Source of the DNA: a virus
Lineage: Duplodnaviria > Caudoviricetes
Reading direction: 5' to 3' (one strand)
Length of the DNA: 37,613 nucleotides
IMG/VR virus record: IMGVR_UViG_3300044676_004736
Span: 1-37,613 of that record
Shown here: piece by piece, positions 27,857-36,032 of the stretch
Numbering within the stretch: position 1 is the stretch's first letter
Layout: each line of letters begins with the position of its first letter
Notes under the pieces: generated by a model
Database searches by the model: none
Told to the model about the DNA's origin: nothing
What the model saw: the letters and a program-made list of their open reading frames with translations, nothing else
Made by a program: the position numbers and the translations under genes

Positions 27857-28062
27857 TATTCAGACCTCTCTATCTCTTGTCTTGCCATACTACGTAGTAG
27901 TTTATCGGAGTTGGCCTTATCGACTGCGGTAAGGACTTCTACTACTTCCTCTATAGACATCTTATCATAGATACCGGGAATCTTTCGCATCAGCTTAGTG
28001 ATATCGTCAGACCCGTACTCTCTGGTAAGTTCTGGTAGGAGTATGGTTACGTCGTTGATCAT
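27856..28062 (-). CDS. Small hypothetical protein
   Basis: Fills the gap after the portal; stop overlaps the next start. Confidence 0.6.
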   Translation of the reverse strand: MINDVTILLPELTREYGSDDITKLMRKIPGIYDKMSIEEVVEVLTAVDKANSDKLLRSMARQEIERSE

Positions 28063-28082
28063 CTCGTTAGCGAGTTCTTGGG

Positions 28083-29804
28083 TTAGAGAGGCGATGACTC
28101 AGACCCCCTCTGACTAGCATCCTGTTGATCAGGGTCACCTGTGTTGTTCGCTACGTCACGACCGGGACCGGCCGCCCCTGCACGAGAGGCTACTTCTGTA
28201 GCTTCGGCCTGTCGTGCTCGCTCAATCACTTGCTCGAACAGGTCACGCAGGTTCTCATCTTCAAGAATTTGTTCCGCTGTGATCGTACCCAATGTTTCTT
28301 GGACACGTGGATTAAGTTCAAGTCTGTCCTTTCGGATACCACGAAGCACGTCTTCTGCGTTTAGGTTCGGGTGCAACTCTCGGATACCATTGTATCGATC
28401 GAGTGTACCAGCCTGAATTTCCTGTGCGATAGACTGCTTCTTGCCAAACTCGTTGTCTGGTTCCAACACATTGACTGTGACCTTAACTGGGCGTGAGCCT
28501 TTGAACATGCGAGGGGACACCTCACCGAACTCCTGCTCAGTTGTACCAAGGGAGATGTTCACTGGGTGCTCCACGGCGTACTCCATGTAGGCACCAAGCT
28601 TACGTGCGAGTTGGGTCAGCATCATTTCGGATGCCTGTGCCATACCCTGATAACGTAATCGTGCTTGGCCTAGCTGGATGTTCTGATCTCGACCGGATGT
28701 GGTACCGGGGTTACGTAAGCCGGCAAGTGGTCGTGGCGCAGAAGCCTCACTAATAATCGTTGATGTATCGAATCGATGTGCTGCCAGTACGTTCTCTGGT
28801 AGGAGTGGCGTAATAGAATCTAGTGTTGTGCCCTCCGGTAACTCATGGATACGTCCATAGTCTAGCTTGATTCCTGCGAGTTGTGCTGCTCCCGGCCCTG
28901 ATGCTGTACGTACAGGCCATCCAGATGCTTTGAGCACAATGTCCGTGATCGAGTAGTTTCGAGATTCACTAGCAAGCACAGACCGCAAGAACCTGAGATA
29001 GCCCATATAGCGGTGTTCGGGCTTACGGTCTTTACTGATGAAGCCAAGTCCAGAGTCTCCTATTGTGTATGGGTGGTCACCCAACTTGTGTACAGTGTAG
29101 TCAAGTACAGGTTCATTGTCTACCAGTACGAGGCGATCTTTCTTACCCCAGTACTCGATAACCTCTACAAACTGCGTCAGTTTCTTATCGGTAGAGAACT
29201 CACCATAGATAGCTTTCACATCCCCCACCATTTTGTTATTAATCTGAATAACCCACTGCGGGTCTTCATTGAATGGGTCAGGGTATACCTCACTTGGATG
29301 CAAGACTTGGTGTTTAAACGGCATGTACTCAGACCGGATAAAGTCGTTAGCTTCCTTTTCCTCTTCAGTTCCCCCCGACTTAGGTACATCCCAGTCCTCC
29401 ACATAGGTGGTCTTTGAAACTGACATGCCATATATGGCTAGCTGTTTGTTCGCCATGCGGTAAGGGGATGAAGATGCTTGCATTTCTATCCATGTGAGTG
29501 ATGCACCATAGAATCGAGACTGCTTGGAGGCCCGTTCAGTCGCTTGTGGGCTTGCACTCTTGCGTGGTACTGTGATGTCACGGAACTGTGGTGATATGTG
29601 GTCTACTGCTGTGTCAACTAACGATCGAGCAGTTGGGAGCAAAGTGCCTTGGGCTCTGTACTCATTAGGTAATCCGATGTCAATGTCTTCTGACAGGGCG
29701 TACCACTTTTCATCGAGTTCAAATTCAGCATGAAGATTGGCATAGTGCGCCTTCATCTCTAGTGCTAACTTACGCAGATCATCTGCATTCTTGACAACAC
29801 TCAC
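28083..29804 (-). CDS. Portal protein
   Basis: About 570 aa downstream of terL; ARSLVDTAVD, QLAIYGMSVSK, HPSEVYPDP, VEVIEYW, TSGR. GGAGG SD favours GTG 29804. Confidence 0.88.
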   Translation of the reverse strand: MSVVKNADDLRKLALEMKAHYANLHAEFELDEKWYALSEDIDIGLPNEYRAQGTLLPTARSLVDTAVDHISPQFRDITVPRKSASPQATERASKQSRFYGASLTWIEMQASSSPYRMANKQLAIYGMSVSKTTYVEDWDVPKSGGTEEEKEANDFIRSEYMPFKHQVLHPSEVYPDPFNEDPQWVIQINNKMVGDVKAIYGEFSTDKKLTQFVEVIEYWGKKDRLVLVDNEPVLDYTVHKLGDHPYTIGDSGLGFISKDRKPEHRYMGYLRFLRSVLASESRNYSITDIVLKASGWPVRTASGPGAAQLAGIKLDYGRIHELPEGTTLDSITPLLPENVLAAHRFDTSTIISEASAPRPLAGLRNPGTTSGRDQNIQLGQARLRYQGMAQASEMMLTQLARKLGAYMEYAVEHPVNISLGTTEQEFGEVSPRMFKGSRPVKVTVNVLEPDNEFGKKQSIAQEIQAGTLDRYNGIRELHPNLNAEDVLRGIRKDRLELNPRVQETLGTITAEQILEDENLRDLFEQVIERARQAEATEVASRAGAAGPGRDVANNTGDPDQQDASQRGSESSPL

Positions 29805-30096
29805 GGATTGCATCCTCCAATTCTTGTCGTGTCTTCTTGGCTCCTGTCCAATCATTTAAATGGCCTAGCCACACGTCAAAGTCCGTAGAGGATATGAAGC
29901 GATTCGCAGCTTTCCTCTGTACTACTCTTTCAATCATAACACGCCGCTTGTAGCTACGTCCTCTGTATTGTTTGGGTACCTCTCGTCCTGAGACTACACC
30001 GTGTCCCATAAGATCGTCGTGTGTGGTTGTGATCATGGCGTGTAGTAAGTTTAGTTCGGGGCGGGGGGAATCCCATTTCACCGGCTGTGGGGGCAT
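29779..30096 (-). CDS. Hypothetical protein between terL and portal
   Basis: AAGGAG SD; short overlaps with both neighbours. Confidence 0.65.
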   Translation of the reverse strand: MPPQPVKWDSPRPELNLLHAMITTTHDDLMGHGVVSGREVPKQYRGRSYKRRVMIERVVQRKAANRFISSTDFDVWLGHLNDWTGAKKTRQELEDAIRECCQECR

Positions 30097-31709
30097 TCTA
30101 ACATCTCCTTCTCACTGCTGTGGTTTATACCACATAGTTCTAGTGGGTAGTCTGGGCGTTTCTGTACTCTGACGTAGCACTCGAAAGGATTACGTTTGCC
30201 CCATAGTTCAGGGTCAAAGTCAAAATCTGTTACTGGCCCAAAGGTTACGTAGTCTTTGCCTTGTACAGCTTCTTTAGATACTGTGGGTACTACGCTCTTA
30301 GCTGCTTCGTAGGCCAGTGCTAGGGAAATAACCGTATCGTCATGTCCGTACAGCCCTTCGAGTTTACCCTTTGCGTTGTAGCCGAAGCCGGCCAGTTCAT
30401 CTAAGGTAGCTTGGTGGTACACCATTACTTCGTCGTTACGAATAGCTGTGCGTAGTTCGCCTAGGATTAGTTCACGGTTGTTACGTGTTGTGTGCCAACC
30501 TAGGTTTGTTTCTGATGTTTTGTAGAGGCGGTGCTTAGGGTACGGTTTACGGGTGTTACCTTTCAGGTCTACGTTTGAAGTAAAACTACGAAGAATGGAA
30601 GTCCCTTCCCCTTGCTTCTCTATGATGACGAAGGGAGTACCGTAGCGCACCAGCAGTCGGTAGGCTTCATCGGAGAACTTGTCCAGTCCCTCATTAGTTT
30701 TGCAAACGGCGACCTGCTGACCCATAGAATCGAGTATATGGAGAACAGCAGAGTCTGAGCCTCCCGGTGCAGGGTCGATTCCTGCTGAGTAGGTTTCCTC
30801 TGGGTCGTACTCGTGGAACAAGTGTGAGTAATTCTCGAAAGGACTACCGGATTTAATGGGCATACGGTGTAGAGCATCGATGTCGAAGTATGGTTCTTGG
30901 ACAACGGCAAATGCATCTGCAACGGTGAGTGGGTATTCTTGTCTGTGCTTACCGGGGGACTCTGCGTCTTTGAGGGTGGCCTCCCACCATGCTCTGTCTC
31001 TTCCCGGTCTAACGTTATACTTGATAAAAATAGGAAGAAAGCTGTTCTTTCCAAGAGAAGCCTTTTCCCAGATGTCGTAGAATAAGTTACCCTTGCCGTT
31101 GGCTGTGGAAATTCCAATGAGTTTACCGTGTTCAACTGTTGGAAGGATAGCTGTATAAATGGTTCGGGCGTACTCTTGGAAGGCCCACTCATCAAGGATA
31201 ACAACTGTGGCAGACTCACTTCGTCCAGCTTCCTCACCGGCGGCAAACGAAAGTATCCTGCTGTCATTGGAAGGGAACTCGAACTCTGTGTCATTGTTTT
31301 TTCCTACTGGTATTGTCATCCACAAGGGAAGGTTACGGTTGATAAAGTCACATCTCCACTTGAATCTAGTTGAGGCAGTACCATCCTTTGAGATGACCAC
31401 GACTGTGGCGTTAGGACGGAAGCGAGAGAACCAGAGAGCAAGTGCTGCATATATCCACGACACCCCAATTTGTCGAGCCTTCAAGACTATGATGCGGTTC
31501 TCGGTGAAGGTGGCTGCCACTAAGGTCTTTAGGTGGGGCCAGTTCTCAAAACGAATGTTCCCCTTTACAGGGTCAGAGATTCTGACATAGTTACTTATCC
31601 AGTGCCATGGGTCGACTGAACATTTGGCTAGTTCTTCTAGCTGACGATCGGGGGGAAATCCCTCAATTTCAAGGTCAGTGTATGGCTCACTCTTGGTCTG
31701 GGTCACCAA
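30078..31709 (-). CDS. terL: Terminase large subunit
   Basis: Walker A LKARQIGVS, Walker B VILDE, coupling STANG, nuclease GIDPA and HDDTVISLALA. Confidence 0.96.
   Translation of the reverse strand: MVTQTKSEPYTDLEIEGFPPDRQLEELAKCSVDPWHWISNYVRISDPVKGNIRFENWPHLKTLVAATFTENRIIVLKARQIGVSWIYAALALWFSRFRPNATVVVISKDGTASTRFKWRCDFINRNLPLWMTIPVGKNNDTEFEFPSNDSRILSFAAGEEAGRSESATVVILDEWAFQEYARTIYTAILPTVEHGKLIGISTANGKGNLFYDIWEKASLGKNSFLPIFIKYNVRPGRDRAWWEATLKDAESPGKHRQEYPLTVADAFAVVQEPYFDIDALHRMPIKSGSPFENYSHLFHEYDPEETYSAGIDPAPGGSDSAVLHILDSMGQQVAVCKTNEGLDKFSDEAYRLLVRYGTPFVIIEKQGEGTSILRSFTSNVDLKGNTRKPYPKHRLYKTSETNLGWHTTRNNRELILGELRTAIRNDEVMVYHQATLDELAGFGYNAKGKLEGLYGHDDTVISLALAYEAAKSVVPTVSKEAVQGKDYVTFGPVTDFDFDPELWGKRNPFECYVRVQKRPDYPLELCGINHSSEKEMLECPHSR
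30119..30134. promoter_or_regulatory. Palindromic element TGTGGT-TTAT-ACCACA (copy 2, inside terL 3' end)
   Basis: Identical to 20366-20381 and a few nt upstream of the SD of gene 30096. Confidence 0.65.
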
Positions 31710-32046
31710 TCTCTACAATCTTTCCTTTCACTTCTAGTACAGGGACGTCCTCAATGAAGACTCCTTCTTGAAGGCCCGGGTGGGTAGACAGGAGTTTCTC
31801 CAGTGCCATAGCTGCTGCTTCAGCTAGTGCGTTAGACCCCCCGCCTGTGTTGTTAATCTCTTGGGTGGCCTTACCTACGGACTGGTCAATTACGTACTTG
31901 GCCGTTGCGACTGCCAGTTTGATGTCCTCGGAGGCAAGTGCTTTGTCTAGGACAGCCAGTGCTTCAGGCATACGGTTCTGCAAGTCTCGCTTGGAGATAG
32001 CAGAGGTGATGTCTTTGTCGATTTGCGTTGATGGGGAATTACTCAT
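31687..32046 (-). CDS. terS: Probable terminase small subunit
   Basis: Directly upstream of terL; EALAVLDKAL...AVATAKYVIDQSVGKATQ helical pattern. Confidence 0.7.
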   Translation of the reverse strand: MSNSPSTQIDKDITSAISKRDLQNRMPEALAVLDKALASEDIKLAVATAKYVIDQSVGKATQEINNTGGGSNALAEAAAMALEKLLSTHPGLQEGVFIEDVPVLEVKGKIVEIGDPDQE

Positions 32047-32052
32047 ACCTTT

Positions 32053-32080
32053 AGTATATCAGTTTTTAATTTTTTTGCAA
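32053..32080 (-). promoter_or_regulatory. Promoter of the morphogenesis block, probably leaderless
   Basis: TTGCAA-16 nt-TATACT with extended TG and an AT-rich upstream tract. The ATG lies 7 nt after the -10. Confidence 0.65.
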
Positions 32081-32154
32081 GTTTTAAAAATTTTGAGTCA
32101 GACAAGATGATTTATAGTGGCTAGGGTCGAACCGAATCATACCCTCATCCGATA

Positions 32155-32406
32155 TTGTGAAATCTTTCACTAACTCCAGCCGATAGGTGAAATCTGTTTC
32201 ATGTTTTTCGATTCATGTAATTTGTTTCATGTATTCGGTTTCATGTATTATTTTGTTCTGCCTAGGTAATACTCCGGTAATACTTTTGTGATATCCGCTA
32301 AACATTGTGAATATTTTCACTAACTAACTATAGCGTCTAGGTAATAAAAGCGTAACACTTACTAGGGTAATTATGAGAGACTCAAACATTGTGAAATAAA
32401 GCACTA
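32155..32406. promoter_or_regulatory. Three Rex/CRP-type palindromes
   Basis: TTGTGAAATCTTTCACTA (32155), TTGTGAATATTTTCACTA (32305), TTGTGAAATAAAGCACTA (32389). Confidence 0.65.
32195..32250 (+). repeat. Four short direct repeats TTCATGT
   Basis: tgtTTCATGT, gaTTCATGT, tgtTTCATGT, ggtTTCATGT within about 55 nt. Confidence 0.7.
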
Positions 32407-32654
32407 ACGTCTGGTAACTATTTCGTAATACAAGCGGTGCGATACTTATTACATCGAGATAAGGACTGAGTAATTCAGCTACTCGATACCTTGAAAACCG
32501 AATAAGACACGTAACTAAGTGGTAACACTTGAGCGGTTACAATAGAGTTATCGAAATTGAGAAGTGCGGAACACTCCGAAGTGAGGCAAGTAACAAGGTT
32601 CACACAAGTCAAGACGATACAGTAACTAATCGGTAACGCTAACTGTTATATACT
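32266..32654 (+). promoter_or_regulatory. Array of GTAAY-N6-GTAAYRC direct-repeat boxes, three followed by a -10 hexamer
   Basis: Boxes at 32266, 32341, 32414, 32511, 32622. The last three are followed after exactly 9 nt by GATACT, TACAAT and TATACT. Confidence 0.75.
32488..32504 (+). promoter_or_regulatory. boxA-like antitermination element
   Basis: ACCTTGAAAACCGAATA resembles the Gram-positive-type rrn boxA region (CTTTGAAAACTRAA); it lies in the early leader. Confidence 0.45.
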
Positions 32655-32711
32655 TATCAGGTAACGAAATTGAATAGTGGTTCTCCACCACACTAACAAA
32701 GTGAGAGTTTG

Positions 32712-33083
32712 ATGAAATACTGCGCAGTTCGTGGGCGTAATGTCCCAGAACGACGATGCAAGCACACACAGTGCCAGACTAGGATTGGCTATTGCCATTA
32801 CTACGAAGGCTACACAGCTTGCGGACACACAGAATGCCGTATCACGCAAGGTGAGCGACTAAATAAGTTAATCTCCGGCATGACTGGATTCGACCGAAGC
32901 GGAAGAATACACGATATTCGACGCCGAAAGCGACCCACGAAACCGCCAATTGGCAGAATGTCGGACGGTGTACGGAATCCAGCTTTCCGACAAAATCGAA
33001 TAACCAAATCAGGTAACGTAGACAAGCGACGCAAGTGGCGAGAATACGCAAACGTCAAAGAATACATAGCAGCAGGTAAGTAA
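32712..33083 (+). CDS. First early gene: Cys/His-rich N-terminus, basic C-terminus
   Basis: C...CKHTQC...CHY...CGHTEC and an Arg/Lys-rich tail; immediately downstream of the promoter array. Confidence 0.55.
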   Translation: MKYCAVRGRNVPERRCKHTQCQTRIGYCHYYEGYTACGHTECRITQGERLNKLISGMTGFDRSGRIHDIRRRKRPTKPPIGRMSDGVRNPAFRQNRITKSGNVDKRRKWREYANVKEYIAAGK

Positions 33084-33151
33084 TGCAAAATCACAAATGT
33101 TCCGCGAAATGCAACGGCTCTCACAAATACCGTGAAGGTAACCGGCACTAG

Positions 33152-33184
33152 GTAACACTAGCGTAATACAACCGAATATAGACT
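33152..33184 (+). promoter_or_regulatory. Fourth direct-repeat promoter
   Basis: GTAAC-actagc-GTAATAC-9 nt-TAGACT upstream of gene 33249. Confidence 0.7.
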
Positions 33185-33248
33185 ATACGAAGTCATCTCC
33201 AGACTATAACAGCGAGAGTACGAAACAAGCTTCAAAGAAGAGGACACA

Positions 33249-33449
33249 ATGAAACTCGAAGCAATCGCCAAGATCATCAAAGATCAGGTCGAAGTGAACA
33301 ATCAGTACACTGTCGGCAAGGCAGAACATGAGCATCAAGAAGCTGCACTTATGGCAGTCGCTCAGGGCATCGGAATCGAACGAATGCTTCACGTGAAGTC
33401 ATTCACATGGAACGAATATCAGAAATGGATGAGGTCATGCGGACTATAA
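33249..33449 (+). CDS. Small early protein
   Basis: AGGA SD; downstream of a promoter. Confidence 0.75.
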   Translation: MKLEAIAKIIKDQVEVNNQYTVGKAEHEHQEAALMAVAQGIGIERMLHVKSFTWNEYQKWMRSCGL

Positions 33450-33715
33450 ACCTACACGTAAGTCAACTACCAATCATAGCAACAGAAGAGGAGATAACCT
33501 TCCGAGATGAGGTAGGTGCAGACATCATCGACATCACCTTTAGTGGTGACGGTACACGGTTCATCAGAGCGGAGATAGGAGAAAACGAACCTGAGAACAG
33601 CATGCAACCAATCAAGATGCGGGAAGCAATTCCGCTACTACAATCAATCGAGCGACACGGTGATTGGTACAATCCAAACACTAACCGCTACTTAGGATTC
33701 TGGGTGAAGAAATGA
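33437..33715 (+). CDS. Small early protein
   Basis: GAGG before ATG 33437; chained overlaps. Confidence 0.65.
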   Translation: MRTINLHVSQLPIIATEEEITFRDEVGADIIDITFSGDGTRFIRAEIGENEPENSMQPIKMREAIPLLQSIERHGDWYNPNTNRYLGFWVKK

Positions 33716-33912
33716 TTTACAAAGTACGAGTGATCGACAACAAACGAGGACGATACGCACCATGCTTTCGAGTGGAGGCAGCGAATCGACCATCAGCAAT
33801 AGCACAGGCGAGGCACGTGGCAGCGTCCCCGATGCTCACAATCTCACAGGCTAGGCAACTTGGAATCGTAAGCTTCCGAGCGTTGACAGCAGAACAATTC
33901 AAGGATTGGTAA
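33712..33912 (+). CDS. Small early protein (VEA motif family)
   Basis: ATGA overlap; YKVRV...VEAANRPSAIAQA. Confidence 0.65.
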   Translation: MIYKVRVIDNKRGRYAPCFRVEAANRPSAIAQARHVAASPMLTISQARQLGIVSFRALTAEQFKDW

Positions 33913-33913
33913 C

Positions 33914-34216
33914 ATGCTTAAAGTAACTTTGTACATACCACAATCGAGGCTAACAGCTTCATACACAATCGAAACTGAACTACGCAATCTAACGTGGGTA
34001 ACGGGGGGAATGACAGCCTACTCAGCTAGAGGCGAGTGGGTAGCACCTAACGGTGAATTAGTCGATGAGCCTGTGGAGGTGCGAGAGTACATCGTGCAGG
34101 ATAACGCATTAGCAGCGTTTGAGGCTGGCTTGCAGCGTACCATCAGGGAACTGAAAGGGTTAGGTGAAGAGTCGGTACTAACAACTAGACAGGGAATAGA
34201 GGTCAACTATGATTAA
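33914..34216 (+). CDS. Small early protein, probable ferredoxin-like/PII-like fold
   Basis: GGMTAYSARGEW...GELVDEPV...LGEESVL pattern. Confidence 0.7.
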   Translation: MLKVTLYIPQSRLTASYTIETELRNLTWVTGGMTAYSARGEWVAPNGELVDEPVEVREYIVQDNALAAFEAGLQRTIRELKGLGEESVLTTRQGIEVNYD

Positions 34217-34439
34217 AGCAACGATTAGAGTAACGCCAGTCGAGAACGGGCTACAGCCTGAGTTCGGCTACGATGAAGGGCACGTGTACACTACCACAGT
34301 GAATGACTACGAGTTACCGATTCAGGCGAGTGACTACGACGACGGACTCAACATGGCATTGATGTTAGGGCGAAAGCACTTCTCAGGGTTCGGAGTCGGA
34401 GCAACGTACAACATATCAGTGGAGTTTGAGAATGGCTAA
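34209..34439 (+). CDS. Small early protein
   Basis: GAGG SD; chained overlaps. Confidence 0.65.
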   Translation: MIKATIRVTPVENGLQPEFGYDEGHVYTTTVNDYELPIQASDYDDGLNMALMLGRKHFSGFGVGATYNISVEFENG

Positions 34440-35010
34440 GAGTCACAACGTATTACGTGGTTCATACCACAACATACTGAAAGAATATGACCGAGCCGAT
34501 GAGCGAGCGCATGCCGCTGGTTGGCAATGGTATCCGAGCATGAGAACGTGGTGTGAGGTTATCGCCAAACTCCACGGACTACACACCGAGCGGGTGATTG
34601 GCATGTTCGCAGTACTCTCACCAATGATAACGGTTGAGCAGTGCAAGCGAGCGGTGATTGAGGTACTGGAAACAGGCACCACCGATCTGAACTATCCCGC
34701 CAACGTGGAGAAAGCGAGAGCGGTACAGGCTGGAGTATATGAAGCGGTGCAAGGTCAGAAAGTGGAAGCGTTTGCCGAAGCGATAGACCACCCTTGGGGT
34801 GACAGCAATCCCGTGATCGACAGGCATGCAACCAGCGTGTACATGGGCAAGACGGTGAACGACAAACAACGTGGGGGATTGGCAAGAAAGAAAGTCTTCA
34901 ACCGAATAGTTGGAGCGTATCGTAAGGCAGCACGAGAGCGACAGGTTCCCGTTCACGTGATGCAAGCAATCGTTTGGGAATCGTACAGAGAACGTGAGGT
35001 AGCGGTATGA
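34432..35010 (+). CDS. Conserved helical phage protein, distantly HhH-glycosylase-like
   Basis: GWQWY...AVLSP...KVEAF...PVIDRHA...YRKAA...QAIVW; GGAG SD. Confidence 0.7.
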   Translation: MAKSHNVLRGSYHNILKEYDRADERAHAAGWQWYPSMRTWCEVIAKLHGLHTERVIGMFAVLSPMITVEQCKRAVIEVLETGTTDLNYPANVEKARAVQAGVYEAVQGQKVEAFAEAIDHPWGDSNPVIDRHATSVYMGKTVNDKQRGGLARKKVFNRIVGAYRKAARERQVPVHVMQAIVWESYREREVAV

Positions 35011-35174
35011 GATACAAGGTAATCGAGGCGGGCTACAACGTAGACTACTATGAGGTGGAAGCAGAGTCCGAAGAAGAAGCGATGCAGGTAGTGGGCACAC
35101 GTGACGCTGACTACTCCGACTTTAGTTGCACTGAGTTAAAGGTATATGAAATAGAGGAACACTATGAAGTTTGA
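35007..35174 (+). CDS. 55-aa acidic early protein (not in ORF track; VEA motif family)
   Basis: GAGG SD, ATGA overlap; MRYKVIEAGYNVDYYEVEAESEEEAMQVV... Confidence 0.75.
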   Translation: MRYKVIEAGYNVDYYEVEAESEEEAMQVVGTRDADYSDFSCTELKVYEIEEHYEV

Positions 35175-35400
35175 TTACGTAGCACCGAGTGGTGAGCGAC
35201 GGTTCGAGATCGGTGACGAGATTTTCGTTGAAGCAGGTGAAGACGTTGGCACGTTCATGATCAGTGGCATCGAGACTGTCGCACCTGATGGTGAGTTGAG
35301 ATTCACTGTGAAGCGTGACATCATCGTGCGTGGTAACGTGCGTGAGCAGGAGATTGAAGTGAGCATCGAACACTTAGAGTGGGATGATTGCCCATGTTAA
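35164..35400 (+). CDS. Small acidic beta-rich early protein
   Basis: GAGG SD; chained overlap. Confidence 0.7.
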   Translation: MKFDYVAPSGERRFEIGDEIFVEAGEDVGTFMISGIETVAPDGELRFTVKRDIIVRGNVREQEIEVSIEHLEWDDCPC

Positions 35401-35409
35401 GGAGAAATT

Positions 35410-35646
35410 ATGAAGAGAGTTAGCGTACTCGTACCGGACGAGAAGGCACAGCACATAGCCGATGAGATTGAAGGTTGGGTGCTGGAATATGAGGGCTTTG
35501 AAGTAACGATTGAACACGAGCATGAGTTCGACAAGGACTGTGATCAAGATCATTGGTCTGAGAAGGAACGAGAGTTCGTACCCAAAGATCACGCTGATTG
35601 GAAGACGTGCGGGGTAAGGATGTGCGAGTGTGGACAGATCGACTGA
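35410..35646 (+). CDS. Small acidic early protein with C-terminal Cys/His cluster
   Basis: AAGGAG SD; HEHEF...C...CGVRMCECG. Confidence 0.7.
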   Translation: MKRVSVLVPDEKAQHIADEIEGWVLEYEGFEVTIEHEHEFDKDCDQDHWSEKEREFVPKDHADWKTCGVRMCECGQID

Positions 35647-35735
35647 GGCACCTGATTATATGTGCATAGGCAGTCAATGCGACTGCGATCAAGCGCACGA
35701 GTGTGACATATACTGTCACGGAGAGGATGGTTCGT

Positions 35736-36032
35736 ATGAAGTATTTAGTAAGCGACACGATCACAGAGTTCAAGTCCTACTGGGTTGAAGCTGAATCGGA
35801 AGGGGCAGCGCAAGAGTTGGTAGACCAACACGCAACAGATGAGGGTTACATCGGAAGGCTAGAAGCAGCCTTGAAGAACCTGCTGCAAGCACAGCGCAAC
35901 GGTGACTTCCAAGACTTAGACAACGCAATGTTTGAGGCTGAGCAAGTATTCCTAAACGGTTCACAGTTGCTTGAGTTCGTTGATCGAGGCATAACCGACA
36001 GGTTTCAACAGATAGAGGGAACAGATGATTAA
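35736..36032 (+). CDS. Acidic early protein (VEA motif family)
   Basis: GAGGA SD; YWVEAESEGAAQELV. Start could be 35727. Confidence 0.7.
   Translation: MKYLVSDTITEFKSYWVEAESEGAAQELVDQHATDEGYIGRLEAALKNLLQAQRNGDFQDLDNAMFEAEQVFLNGSQLLEFVDRGITDRFQQIEGTDD

Noticed and set aside
30620-31294. 224-aa same-strand alternate-frame ORF inside terL
   Set aside because: Ser/Pro/Thr-rich frame-shift shadow composition with no recognisable domain.
32155-32660. CRISPR-like mini-array
   Set aside because: Repeats are short, degenerate and irregularly spaced, and no cas genes are present. They fit protein-binding boxes better.
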